DNA of 64,000 nt from sequence record NC_134264.1; one strand, given 5' to 3'. The notes beneath the pieces were generated by a model that saw nothing but the letters and a program-made list of their open reading frames with translations, was not told where the DNA came from and did not search any database. How positions within the stretch are numbered: the first letter of the stretch is position 1; every line of letters starts with the position of its first letter. The translations under genes and the position numbers were made by a program. Shown here piece after piece: positions 46,416 to 55,169 of this stretch. Source of the DNA: Escherichia phage Lindwurm.

Positions 46416-46491
46416 AGTTAGTTGGCAGAGCGGTTATGCACCTCCTTCATACGGAGCGATTACAGTGGTTCAAATCCACTACTAACTACCA
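46416..46491 (+). tRNA. tRNA with CAU anticodon (third copy)
   Basis: acceptor AGTTAGT/ACTAACT, anticodon stem CCTCC/GGAGC loop TTCATAC, T-arm AGTGG-TTCAAAT-CCACT, CCA. Confidence 0.65.
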
Positions 46492-46528
46492 TTAAAATAG
46501 CTAGAGATAGCTAAATTTAGGAGCAGCT

Positions 46529-46723
46529 ATGTTAACAATTAAAATAATGTCAGCCAAGAATGGGGAACAGATTCATACAGGCAAAAGTGTAAGCTTTAAT
46601 CCTAGAAATAAAAGATTGGCTATAGTTGGAGTAGACCAAGCCATCTTTTTAAAAGAAGATGAAGTAGCATATGTCATGAACCAAACTGGTAAGACAGTTT
46701 CCGTATACTATGGAAAAGTATAA
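46529..46723 (+). CDS. hypothetical protein
   Basis: 64 aa with AGGAG RBS. Confidence 0.5.
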   Translation: MLTIKIMSAKNGEQIHTGKSVSFNPRNKRLAIVGVDQAIFLKEDEVAYVMNQTGKTVSVYYGKV

Positions 46724-46765
46724 AGAATAAAAAGCTGAGCCAAATTCTAACATCGGGGAGATCTA

Positions 46766-47134
46766 ATGAAAGCATATCAAAATCTTAAATCTGGCGTAAT
46801 TAACCTTGTTCATGAAAATCAGATTATTCAGCTATACTCCGACAACGGTGAACTTAAACAGAAAGTTCTAGTTGAAGATCTAGAAGGTATCACACCGCAA
46901 TTCGATCCTGAATCCTTCCGTGAAGTTAAGGTGGAAGTCGTCCCTCAAATCGAAGGTGGTCAGCACCTAAATGTCAATGTGTTAAGCCGTGATCAGCTTT
47001 TGGATGCGCAGAAACATCCTGAAAAATATCCTCAGTTGACCATCCGTGTCTCTGGCTACGCTGTTCGATTTAATGCACTGACTCGTGAACAACAGAACGA
47101 CGTTATTAGTCGTACATTTACTCAGGCAATGTAA
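46766..47134 (+). CDS. grcA: autonomous glycyl radical cofactor (GrcA/YfiD-like)
   Basis: C-terminal half [56 protein letters not shown] nearly matches E. coli GrcA (from memory), including glycyl radical motif RVSGY. Confidence 0.8.
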   Translation: MKAYQNLKSGVINLVHENQIIQLYSDNGELKQKVLVEDLEGITPQFDPESFREVKVEVVPQIEGGQHLNVNVLSRDQLLDAQKHPEKYPQLTIRVSGYAVRFNALTREQQNDVISRTFTQAM

Positions 47135-47215
47135 TGGGGTTTGGATACGATTTCTCCCAGCTACGCAAGGTAGTCGAGCAAACTCCGTTTATCTCCCAAG
47201 TTTTAGGAGAAATGT

Positions 47216-47521
47216 GTGGATCGAGCATTAAGACGCCATCACCGGCAACGTGTGAAGAACAACCGTAAGAAGTATTGGACAGTCTTTCCACATGAAGAAA
47301 GCCCTAAGCGGTTAGGTATTATCACTACTACTCCTTGCATCTGTTCTTGTTGGATGTGTGGGAACCCTCGCAAATATTATAAGAATAGTAAAGCAGGTAT
47401 GAAAACCTCGGAGATCAGGAAAATGGAAGCGATGATTGCGGACATCACCTATACTGGTGGTATTTCAAATGATGAATTTGATGGCTTCGTAGCGTTCGAA
47501 GATGAACGCCCCGATCTGTAA
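47216..47521 (+). CDS. hypothetical protein
   Basis: 101 aa; GTG start with AGGAG RBS; Cys cluster CICSCWMC. Confidence 0.45.
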   Translation: MDRALRRHHRQRVKNNRKKYWTVFPHEESPKRLGIITTTPCICSCWMCGNPRKYYKNSKAGMKTSEIRKMEAMIADITYTGGISNDEFDGFVAFEDERPDL

Positions 47522-47529
47522 TTAATAAC

Positions 47530-47566
47530 AAACCCCAGCTATTGAATAAGTAGTCTGGGGTTTTTC
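47530..47566 (+). terminator. rho-independent terminator
   Basis: ACCCCAG...CTGGGGT stem followed by TTTTT. Confidence 0.65.
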
Positions 47567-47642
47567 TGTATAAAGGTACATAATATATGTATAATAAAAT
47601 TCATCCACATTAGGTTAATTTAAAAGACTTAATGGAGGTAAT

Positions 47643-47990
47643 ATGAGCCGTACTTATCGTAAACAATCTGGTGATCAGTGGTGGAAGTCTAAAGAACAAT
47701 TCTCTCAAGAATATTCTTTCCTCAAAGAAAATGGCTACTGGATTCGTGTTATTTATGCCAAATCCTGGGACGACATCAAAAAAGAAATGAAGGAAGCAAC
47801 CATTCGTAATGAGAAAAAGGATGGTTATAACTGGAATTCTATTAGTAAGAATGTTAAGTGGCATTCTAATAAAATGGTTCGTCAAGGGAATCGTCAAGAA
47901 CTCCACCGCGTGATGAAAGATCCAGAAAATTATGATTATAATCGCGATCATGACATGCGTAAACGTGGGTTATGGTGGTGCTATGACTAA
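47643..47990 (+). CDS. hypothetical protein
   Basis: 115 aa, Trp-rich. Confidence 0.5.
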   Translation: MSRTYRKQSGDQWWKSKEQFSQEYSFLKENGYWIRVIYAKSWDDIKKEMKEATIRNEKKDGYNWNSISKNVKWHSNKMVRQGNRQELHRVMKDPENYDYNRDHDMRKRGLWWCYD

Positions 47991-48007
47991 ATTCTGAAAT
48001 AATTCAT

Positions 48008-48036
48008 TTGCTAAACCTCTCTTTTCTTGCTATAAT
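48008..48036 (+). promoter_or_regulatory. early-type promoter
   Basis: TTGCTA-17-TATAAT. Confidence 0.6.
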
Positions 48037-48066
48037 ATGTTTATAAATTGATGAGAGAGGTTTGAA

Positions 48067-48348
48067 ATGAAAACTCGTCTAGACTGTGCTGTTCATGTTC
48101 TTGAACATGATGTTGCGGGAACCTGTATGTCTTACCACGAAGCAGGTCGTTTAATTAAAGAACGTGTGGCAGATGTGTGCGGATTGAAGATTACTGCTGA
48201 GGAAGCTGATGATCTTTTAGGTCAAGCACTGGAGAAAACCGAAATGTTTCTCTGTGATTCTTGTTCTTGGTGGTGTGAAGCCCACGAACGTTCTTTCAAC
48301 GATTATGATGTATGTCGTGATTGTAGTGGGGAGGATGAAGATGAATAA
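48067..48348 (+). CDS. hypothetical Cys-rich acidic protein
   Basis: 93 aa; CDSCSWWC...CRDCSGEDEDE. Confidence 0.5.
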   Translation: MKTRLDCAVHVLEHDVAGTCMSYHEAGRLIKERVADVCGLKITAEEADDLLGQALEKTEMFLCDSCSWWCEAHERSFNDYDVCRDCSGEDEDE

Positions 48349-48640
48349 GTTTATTATTGCACTGATGATATCCGCAGTTAGTTTCGGTTCTCTGGCGTCT
48401 ACCAAAGTTTCTATGAAAAATGGTAATGTTAAAGTCCAACAGAACGGCATTATTACCGAGTATGGTAAAGTTCGTGATGTTAAGGAACGTAATGGTAAAG
48501 TAGAAATATATACTAATAAAAACTTCTCTACTCCAGCCGTTACTATTAGCAAACGCGGTGAAATAACCACTCAACGTACTAATAGTTCTGATTCTTTTAC
48601 TTGTCGTTATGATTGCGACTTTGAAGGTGAAGATGAATAA
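48341..48640 (+). CDS. hypothetical secreted protein
   Basis: ATG 48341 overlaps upstream stop; signal peptide MNKFIIALMISAVSFGSLAS; ends CRYDCDFEGEDE. Confidence 0.5.
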   Translation: MNKFIIALMISAVSFGSLASTKVSMKNGNVKVQQNGIITEYGKVRDVKERNGKVEIYTNKNFSTPAVTISKRGEITTQRTNSSDSFTCRYDCDFEGEDE

Positions 48641-49052
48641 TTTAGACCCTAGAATTAAATTTGCAATTACAGAAATCCAAGATCAAATTGATGAGGACTT
48701 CACTGTTTGGTCAAGGTCTGGTAATGGAGAATATTGCCAGCTTTATAGCATGAAAATGGGTATTTCAATTGAGCTTAACATCAACTCTGAAGGTAGAGTA
48801 GAAGCCCAACCCATGTTCAGTATTCCAGGCTTCTCAGGATTTGTTGCAGGTATAAAATTGTGTCTACCAAATAACCATCTTCATCGAGTTATTTGTCAGT
48901 TAGAGACTATTAAGCATTTCTTGCCAGAAGGTAACATTAATGACTACTACCATGAAGTTGTAGCAGCTCATATGATGAAAGAAAGTAAACGTCGGAGAGA
49001 AGAACGTGAAAAGACTAAACATCAACAGCACAGTGCAGATCCCAGCAACTAA
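48633..49052 (+). CDS. hypothetical protein
   Basis: ATG 48633 overlaps upstream stop (GATGAATAA), same junction as previous gene. Confidence 0.5.
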   Translation: MNNLDPRIKFAITEIQDQIDEDFTVWSRSGNGEYCQLYSMKMGISIELNINSEGRVEAQPMFSIPGFSGFVAGIKLCLPNNHLHRVICQLETIKHFLPEGNINDYYHEVVAAHMMKESKRRREEREKTKHQQHSADPSN

Positions 49053-49398
49053 GGATGTTTTAACATTCCTACGTAGTGAGAATACTCAGTTTTGGCATGA
49101 CTATATTCAGGAAAATAAAAATAACCCAGATGTAGTTGCCTTTGCCAAAAAACGTATTGGTGAATATAAAGATCCAGAGATTAAAGATGGGATGATTACC
49201 ATGCAGTTATGGGTAGCTATGAAAACCTTTGGACCCACTATGAGTCTAGGATTTACTCCACTGTTTACTAATATTCTAATTAATGAAAAGGATCTGAAAT
49301 TATTATCTCTCCATTTGCTCTTTGGTTCGTCATTGGATCTGTGGTTGCTATTTACAGCTTGGTTGATGATCTGTATATTTCTAAGAATAAAGATGTAA
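49006..49398 (+). CDS. hypothetical protein
   Basis: 130 aa. Confidence 0.45.
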   Translation: MKRLNINSTVQIPATKDVLTFLRSENTQFWHDYIQENKNNPDVVAFAKKRIGEYKDPEIKDGMITMQLWVAMKTFGPTMSLGFTPLFTNILINEKDLKLLSLHLLFGSSLDLWLLFTAWLMICIFLRIKM

Positions 49399-49693
49399 TA
49401 TTATACGTTATACATAAAACTCGACCGTTAGATCTGCCCCCTCTTGATGATAAAACATTACTCAGATGTGCTAGATCTATGATATTTATTGTGGATATTC
49501 TTCTAGGCCCAACATCTGTGTTTTTCTTTTATAGAAAGACTCGTAATATGAAAAAATTTAAAGCTGAAATGCAGAATACCTAAAGAACTCGCGTAGGACC
49601 GAGTTGCGTCACCTGCAACTGTTACGGATAAGGGAGTCGTGCCCCTTAGTGCGGTAAGTGGTGAGTTGGTCGCTGACCTTAACTGGAGATTAT

Positions 49694-50038
49694 ATGACTA
49701 TAGTACTAATTCTTGTTACCACCTGGTTTTTAATCGGCGCTGTGTATGCAGTAGCTATACTTAGACACTTAGATGAATATTCTGCTGAATGGTTCATTAA
49801 ACACCTTCGTATAGACAACAAAGAGCACGAGTTTGAAAACGAAAAACAAAGAAAAGCAGTTGAAGAAATGACAGGCGAAGAATGTTTATTCTACATGCGT
49901 GCAATAGGATTCTTAGGATTATTTGGTGCTGGCCCACTAGGTTTTACCATAGCCCCTTATAAAGAAACAGTAGACGATATTAAGTTATGGAGAAATGCAG
50001 GGGTACTACGCAAAGCTAGAGAAACCAATATTACATAA
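49694..50038 (+). CDS. hypothetical membrane protein
   Basis: ATG 49694 with GGAG RBS; N-terminal TM IVLILVTTWFLIGAVYAVAIL. Confidence 0.5.
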   Translation: MTIVLILVTTWFLIGAVYAVAILRHLDEYSAEWFIKHLRIDNKEHEFENEKQRKAVEEMTGEECLFYMRAIGFLGLFGAGPLGFTIAPYKETVDDIKLWRNAGVLRKARETNIT

Positions 50039-50082
50039 GATTGATACTAAATCAACTTACTAGCAAAAGCAAATAATGACAA

Positions 50083-50118
50083 AGCCCAGCCTGCACTTTT
50101 GCGACTGGGCTATTTTTA
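50083..50118 (+). terminator. rho-independent terminator
   Basis: AGCCCAG...CTGGGCT stem followed by ATTTTTAT. Confidence 0.65.
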
Positions 50119-50132
50119 TAATAAAATTTTAG

Positions 50133-50161
50133 TTGCTTAGATGCCCAAACTTTTGTATAAT
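50133..50161 (+). promoter_or_regulatory. early-type promoter
   Basis: TTGCTT-17-TATAAT. Confidence 0.6.
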
Positions 50162-50192
50162 ATGTTTATAGATTGAGGCAAGAGGATTAAAT

Positions 50193-50891
50193 ATGAGGAT
50201 TATTTCTAAGTTCGCCGATGTGTATGATTTGCAGAACAGTTTGTTCGACCCAGATCGTGTGTGGGAACGTAAAACTGAGGAGTTACTGGTTAAAGTAACT
50301 GATGATGCAGAAAAGAACATTGTGCATACTCGCCAGGTATTTCGTGATGGTTCGCTATCTTTTCGTGGTGATTTCGAATATTTTGTAAACCCACTATTTG
50401 TTGCAGGTGAAGTTTACTGGTTACACGAGCTGTACTGCTGGCATCCAGCGTTTAGCTTCAAAACGTTCAACCTCGACACTATGTTCGATAAAATGGAAGA
50501 GATGGGATTGCATGCTCGCTCTTACTTAATGGATAAGAGTCGTGGAGATGTTCGTGAAACAATGCGTGATTTGCTCGCTGAAGCAAAACCTAAAGCAGAA
50601 CGTATCTTATCCGAACTGCGTGTACCGATTGCATATGTGAAAGGTATTAAAAAGAACGATAACGATGATGTTCGTAACTTCGTGATTCAGACTAACATTC
50701 GTTTCCATCAGTCAGGTATTCCGTGGCAGGAAATTGAAAGTAACTTATACCGTTTACACCAAGTTCTCGAACAGTATATCTTCGGTGTACTAGGAACTGG
50801 TGAGCCTGATATGATTAAAGTATCAGATAAAGACAGGTTAGCAGCGCATGGATTTGATACAAAAACTTCTTTCAGGAATATGGCACGGTAA
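50193..50891 (+). CDS. hypothetical protein
   Basis: 232 aa. Confidence 0.55.
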   Translation: MRIISKFADVYDLQNSLFDPDRVWERKTEELLVKVTDDAEKNIVHTRQVFRDGSLSFRGDFEYFVNPLFVAGEVYWLHELYCWHPAFSFKTFNLDTMFDKMEEMGLHARSYLMDKSRGDVRETMRDLLAEAKPKAERILSELRVPIAYVKGIKKNDNDDVRNFVIQTNIRFHQSGIPWQEIESNLYRLHQVLEQYIFGVLGTGEPDMIKVSDKDRLAAHGFDTKTSFRNMAR

Positions 50892-51297
50892 GTGGTATAT
50901 CCTGGGAGCAGGTCTAGCGATAGGCATCGGGTTCGGTGCTTATCACTTAGTAGATAAAGTGGAGACTTTAGCGGGAGATCTTGCAGTAGCTACTAAAAAG
51001 ATTTCTTCTCTAGAGACTTCCCTTAATAATGTGAAAGCTGAAAGCGAACTTCGTGAGACTAGAATGAATCAGTATTTCACGATGAATAATATTTCTCAAG
51101 CAGACTTAGATAAGAAAATTGGTCAGCTTGATAAAGCACTTAACCGCCAAGATATTATAGCTGCAAAGCCTGGATTGGTAACATTAATTGCTAAAAAGCA
51201 GAGTAAGGAGTTCGAGGAAAGATTAGCATGTTTAACTGGAAACTTGGAATACTGCTCGCAGCCGCAATCACAATCACAGGCTGTGCACAAGAAATAG
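50848..51297 (+). CDS. putative inner-membrane spanin-like protein (TM plus coiled coil)
   Basis: N-terminal TM YILGAGLAIGIGFGAY then coiled-coil; overlaps upstream gene. Confidence 0.4.
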   Translation: MDLIQKLLSGIWHGKWYILGAGLAIGIGFGAYHLVDKVETLAGDLAVATKKISSLETSLNNVKAESELRETRMNQYFTMNNISQADLDKKIGQLDKALNRQDIIAAKPGLVTLIAKKQSKEFEERLACLTGNLEYCSQPQSQSQAVHKK

Positions 51298-51581
51298 AGC
51301 CAGAACCCACACACGAGTTACCAACAGCTCATGTAGATTGGCCTAAAGGACTTCAACCTTGTAGCTTTGACTTTAAGTTTGAAAAGAAATTAGCTACAAA
51401 TGGAGAAGATGGCGTAGTAGTTGTTGTACCATATAAAGATTGGAATATGTTGGCAAAATGCCGTGAGGCAGAATATTCATATATTTCACGACTGACAAGT
51501 ATGGTTTGCTTCTATCGTCAAGATTTGCAAGAAAAACGTTGTTTAGTATATTATCCACCAATTAACAATAGGAAAGATTAA
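51228..51581 (+). CDS. putative lipoprotein (outer-membrane spanin-like?)
   Basis: lipobox AITITGC; start embedded in 3' end of preceding gene. Confidence 0.4.
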   Translation: MFNWKLGILLAAAITITGCAQEIEPEPTHELPTAHVDWPKGLQPCSFDFKFEKKLATNGEDGVVVVVPYKDWNMLAKCREAEYSYISRLTSMVCFYRQDLQEKRCLVYYPPINNRKD

Positions 51582-52333
51582 TGTCAGTATTAGTCGGTTT
51601 ACATGGTGAAGCTGGTTCGGGAAAAGATACAGTTGCAAAATTAATTATCGATTGGTGTAATGACACGTATCCAACGTGTTTATCCCGTCGTTATAGTTTT
51701 GCTAAGCCCGTTTATGAACTTGCATCCGTAATCCTCGGTGTAACTCCAGAGTTTCTAGGAGAGCGCAGAGGAAAAGAGATTGACCAATGGTTTACGGTCA
51801 CACAATCTCAATTGGAGCGAGCCAGAGATGTGTGGTTTAAGTACGGTATCGATAAGTTTGAAGACTTCTCGTACGTTTGGCCTATTTTTGAGGAAAAATA
51901 TCTTAATCCTCAACAACTTATCTCAGAGAGTAAAGAAGATGGACTTTATAGTTTATTTATTTCTCCGAGAAAAATGTTACAGCTCGTAGGAACAGAGCTA
52001 GGAAGGCAGCTGGTGCATGAACGCATTTGGCTCATAATTCTGGAGCAATCCATCGCTAAAGACGACCCAGACGTCGCCGTAATAACAGATGTTAGATTCC
52101 CCAATGAAGGAGAGTTACTCAGAGAAACAAACCATTTAGATATGGATTCTTTGATAGTAAATGTAGTACCCGCTGAGCAGAAGTTCACTATTAAATCAGA
52201 TCATCCATCTGAAAGTGGTATTCCTGCAAAATATATTACTCACGAATTAGTTAATAAATTCGATGGTATCAATAACCTTAAACTAGAAGTTTATAACTTC
52301 TGTGACTTAGAGCTAGAACCACTAGTTGGATAA
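51581..52333 (+). CDS. deoxynucleoside monophosphate kinase-like P-loop kinase
   Basis: Walker A GLHGEAGSGKDTVAKLI. Confidence 0.6.
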   Translation: MSVLVGLHGEAGSGKDTVAKLIIDWCNDTYPTCLSRRYSFAKPVYELASVILGVTPEFLGERRGKEIDQWFTVTQSQLERARDVWFKYGIDKFEDFSYVWPIFEEKYLNPQQLISESKEDGLYSLFISPRKMLQLVGTELGRQLVHERIWLIILEQSIAKDDPDVAVITDVRFPNEGELLRETNHLDMDSLIVNVVPAEQKFTIKSDHPSESGIPAKYITHELVNKFDGINNLKLEVYNFCDLELEPLVG

Positions 52334-52345
52334 TCAAGGATCGCT

Positions 52346-52945
52346 ATGACTAATAAAAAAGAAGAAAAGACTAACCTGTTTCACTCCATTCGCCAATCTA
52401 ACGAGTATACCTTTTTCTTTGATGAAGAATTAGGCCCGCCGGATGAATACCGTGATTTATCAATGGTACTTATGCAGGCACATGAGGATGACGAAATTAA
52501 TCTGATGATTAATGGCCCGGGTGGTTATGTTGATACTGCTGCACAGTTATCTAACTTAATTGCTAATTGCCGTGGAACAGTTATAGGACATCTGGTTGGT
52601 CCTAGTGCTTCTGCTTACTGCACAATTTTCCTATCCTGCCATGGGTGGGTAGTACATCCACATGCTACGCTAATGGGACACACGTTCTCTGGCGGATTCT
52701 GTGAGAAGGGTCAAGAAATCAAGAAAGCCTATGAATCTTACAACAAGTTCGTAGAAGATATGATGCTAGATGTCTACTATCCGTTCTTCTCAATAGACGA
52801 AATCGACGAGATGGTAAAAGACAACAAAAATATCTATCTAGATAGCAAAGAAATTCATAAGCGTATTGAAATCTTGGCAAAATATCGATCTGAGCAATAT
52901 AATAAAGCCCAGTTACCTCAATCAGAAGAGCATAACGAAGAGTAA
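52346..52945 (+). CDS. ClpP-like serine peptidase (S14 family-like)
   Basis: MINGPGGYVDTAAQLSNLI ... GPSASAY ... H resembles ClpP catalytic core. Confidence 0.5.
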   Translation: MTNKKEEKTNLFHSIRQSNEYTFFFDEELGPPDEYRDLSMVLMQAHEDDEINLMINGPGGYVDTAAQLSNLIANCRGTVIGHLVGPSASAYCTIFLSCHGWVVHPHATLMGHTFSGGFCEKGQEIKKAYESYNKFVEDMMLDVYYPFFSIDEIDEMVKDNKNIYLDSKEIHKRIEILAKYRSEQYNKAQLPQSEEHNEE

Positions 52946-52953
52946 GTAATTTT

Positions 52954-52987
52954 AAGCCAGGGTTTAACGACCCTGGCTTTTCTTTTA
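52954..52987 (+). terminator. rho-independent terminator
   Basis: AAGCCAGGG...CCCTGGCTT stem followed by TTTTCTTTTAT. Confidence 0.7.
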
Positions 52988-53048
52988 TCTAAAATTCTTC
53001 TTGACAACGACAAAATTTTATGCTCCAGAAGTGATCTTTAAAAACACA

Positions 53049-53077
53049 TTGTAATTTTCCTCCAAAATTAGTATAAT
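53049..53077 (+). promoter_or_regulatory. sigma70 promoter
   Basis: TTGTAA-17-TATAAT; upstream TCTTCTTGACAAC box at 52996-53008. Confidence 0.5.
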
Positions 53078-53101
53078 GGTACTGGTTAGAGGAGGTTACA
53101 A

Positions 53102-53758
53102 TTGGAAAAGTTCTTACAATTATTAACGGTACTGCTCCAAGAAGCGAAAGATCCAGCATCGCTTCTTAAACGTCTGCTAACTATCTTAGTTGCTGTCATT
53201 ATTTTCTTATTTGTTAGTAATACTAGCGAGGTGATGTCATTCTTAAAGACTTTCTCCACGTCTGCGGTTCTACAGGATGTTCAAACTCAAAGGATAGATA
53301 ACTTTCCTAATGTAGCTAGAGAGAAGAGCATGGTACTCTTTTCTCAAACGGGTGCGGATGCTGTTTTTGTCGTCAAGTATAAACCCGATGCCATTAATGA
53401 TTATTCTAACATTATTGCATGGGAAAGCAATGCGCAATTAGATAGGGCTGACTTGGCCGATAAAGCGGTAAATAAAACGTCTGAGCTATATAGACGTCAC
53501 TTGGAAGGCTTTAACTACGCATCGGATTTAAGTGTAAAAGTAAATAAATACATGGGGTTAAATATACCTGCGTTTAAGAACGTTACTTTTAATTACATAT
53601 ACACTTGTCCGTATTTCAATCTAAACAATATCTATGCTGGATATATTGGTATTGCTTGGAAAGATAATCCTGTAGATGCAGCCGATTCTGAGAAATTTAA
53701 CGAGTATTTAACAAAGCTCTGTTCCCCACAACAGAGATCTTTAGGTAGATCAATATGA
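53102..53758 (+). CDS. holin-like membrane protein
   Basis: TTG start with GAGGAGG RBS; N-terminal TM LTILVAVIIFLFV; directly upstream of endolysin; 218 aa. Confidence 0.55.
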   Translation: MEKFLQLLTVLLQEAKDPASLLKRLLTILVAVIIFLFVSNTSEVMSFLKTFSTSAVLQDVQTQRIDNFPNVAREKSMVLFSQTGADAVFVVKYKPDAINDYSNIIAWESNAQLDRADLADKAVNKTSELYRRHLEGFNYASDLSVKVNKYMGLNIPAFKNVTFNYIYTCPYFNLNNIYAGYIGIAWKDNPVDAADSEKFNEYLTKLCSPQQRSLGRSI

Positions 53759-54168
53759 GTTTTAAATTTGGTAAAAATAGCGAAAAACAATTAGCTACTG
53801 TTAAGCCAGAGCTACAAAAAGTAGCTCGTAGAGCTTTAGAATTATCTCCATATGATTTCACGATCGTACAGGGTATTCGTACAGTAGCACAAAGTGCCCA
53901 GAATATTGCTAATGGTACTTCATTTTTAAAAGATCCTAGTAAAAGCAAGCATATTACTGGGGATGCCCTTGATTTTGCTCCATACATTAATGGCAAAATT
54001 GATTGGAATGATTTAGAAGCATTTTGGGCAGTTAAAAAGGCTTTTGAACAAGCTGGTAAAGAACTGGGCATTAAACTTCGCTTTGGTGCTGATTGGAATG
54101 CTTCGGGAGATTATCACGATGAAATAAAACGTGGTACCTATGATGGCGGTCATGTCGAACTAGTTTAA
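53755..54168 (+). CDS. endolysin, M15-family peptidoglycan peptidase (L-alanyl-D-glutamate peptidase-like)
   Basis: 137 aa; KHITGDALDF and DGGHVE zinc-ligand motifs. Confidence 0.7.
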   Translation: MSFKFGKNSEKQLATVKPELQKVARRALELSPYDFTIVQGIRTVAQSAQNIANGTSFLKDPSKSKHITGDALDFAPYINGKIDWNDLEAFWAVKKAFEQAGKELGIKLRFGADWNASGDYHDEIKRGTYDGGHVELV

Positions 54169-54179
54169 TTAATAACTGA

Positions 54180-54202
54180 GGCGGGAATATTCCCGCCTTT
54201 TT
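54180..54202 (+). terminator. rho-independent terminator
   Basis: GGCGGGAA-TA-TTCCCGCC followed by TTTTT. Confidence 0.7.
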
Positions 54203-54245
54203 AGGCAAAGGGGGCTTTAATAATTTTTGAAGATAGGAGAAAGCC

Positions 54246-54662
54246 ATGTTTGCAGAACTATTCACTATGATGCTGCTAGGTATCTGGAAAATAAGTCTAG
54301 TAGTATTCGTTTTAATGATAGTCTTTACTATCCTTGCATTAACTACCCGAAATAGCTTATTAATAAAGGTTATTCACGGACTAGAGTATATAATTATGGG
54401 TTCATTCGGCGTTTGTAAATGCAATTGCCATAGAGATACGAAATATTGTTGGTTATGGATGGAACTAGAGAATCCTATATCCATAGCTTTGGCTGTTTCA
54501 TTCGGTATGATTCTTATGGCCCTTACTCTAGCATTAATACCTTTGATGTTAGCTGGGGGAGTTACAGCGTATTTCACCCTTTTCTCCCCGATACTTATGT
54601 ACTCAATTTACCCAATAACTATGTATCTAGTTAGGAAAAGATTTATACATGTAGTAGATTAA
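54246..54662 (+). CDS. hypothetical multi-pass membrane protein
   Basis: 138 aa, several hydrophobic segments. Confidence 0.5.
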   Translation: MFAELFTMMLLGIWKISLVVFVLMIVFTILALTTRNSLLIKVIHGLEYIIMGSFGVCKCNCHRDTKYCWLWMELENPISIALAVSFGMILMALTLALIPLMLAGGVTAYFTLFSPILMYSIYPITMYLVRKRFIHVVD

Positions 54663-54675
54663 GATAAAAAAGTAG

Positions 54676-54704
54676 TTGACTTTTAGCCCTAGTTATTATA
54701 TAAT
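54676..54704 (+). promoter_or_regulatory. sigma70 promoter
   Basis: TTGACT-17-TATAAT. Confidence 0.55.
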
Positions 54705-54737
54705 ATATACATAAATTAGTTAAGAGAGGTATATATT

Positions 54738-55169
54738 ATGTCTGATCGCTTCTATACTCAAATGGCGGAACATTTTCGTATACCACATTACGAGCTAAAC
54801 ATTGCACTCCGTGATCATGACTCTCCTGAGTACAAAAAGCTCGAAAAGAAAGCGGAAAAATCTATTGATACAAAGGTAGGTGCATCTATGTCTAAGGGCA
54901 AAAAGTTAACTCGTCTTGATCTTAATAAAATTTTAACTGAACTTTTGGGTACTGATATTGAAGGTGCTAAATTACCACTTCTTGTACTAGAGACTATGAT
55001 TAAAAAGGTCAAAAATAAAGAATATAAGAAGGTAGAAGTCCCGGAAGGCAGATTAAAGGCTCCTTATCAGGAAGCATTAACCGAGTGTTTGGGTGTAAAT
55101 CTTGATCTGAGCACCGCAACCGTAAAAACTATGAAAAACTTCTTAGAGGCCATTAATAACTATGAGTAA
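54738..55169 (+). CDS. hypothetical protein
   Basis: 143 aa. Confidence 0.55.
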   Translation: MSDRFYTQMAEHFRIPHYELNIALRDHDSPEYKKLEKKAEKSIDTKVGASMSKGKKLTRLDLNKILTELLGTDIEGAKLPLLVLETMIKKVKNKEYKKVEVPEGRLKAPYQEALTECLGVNLDLSTATVKTMKNFLEAINNYE

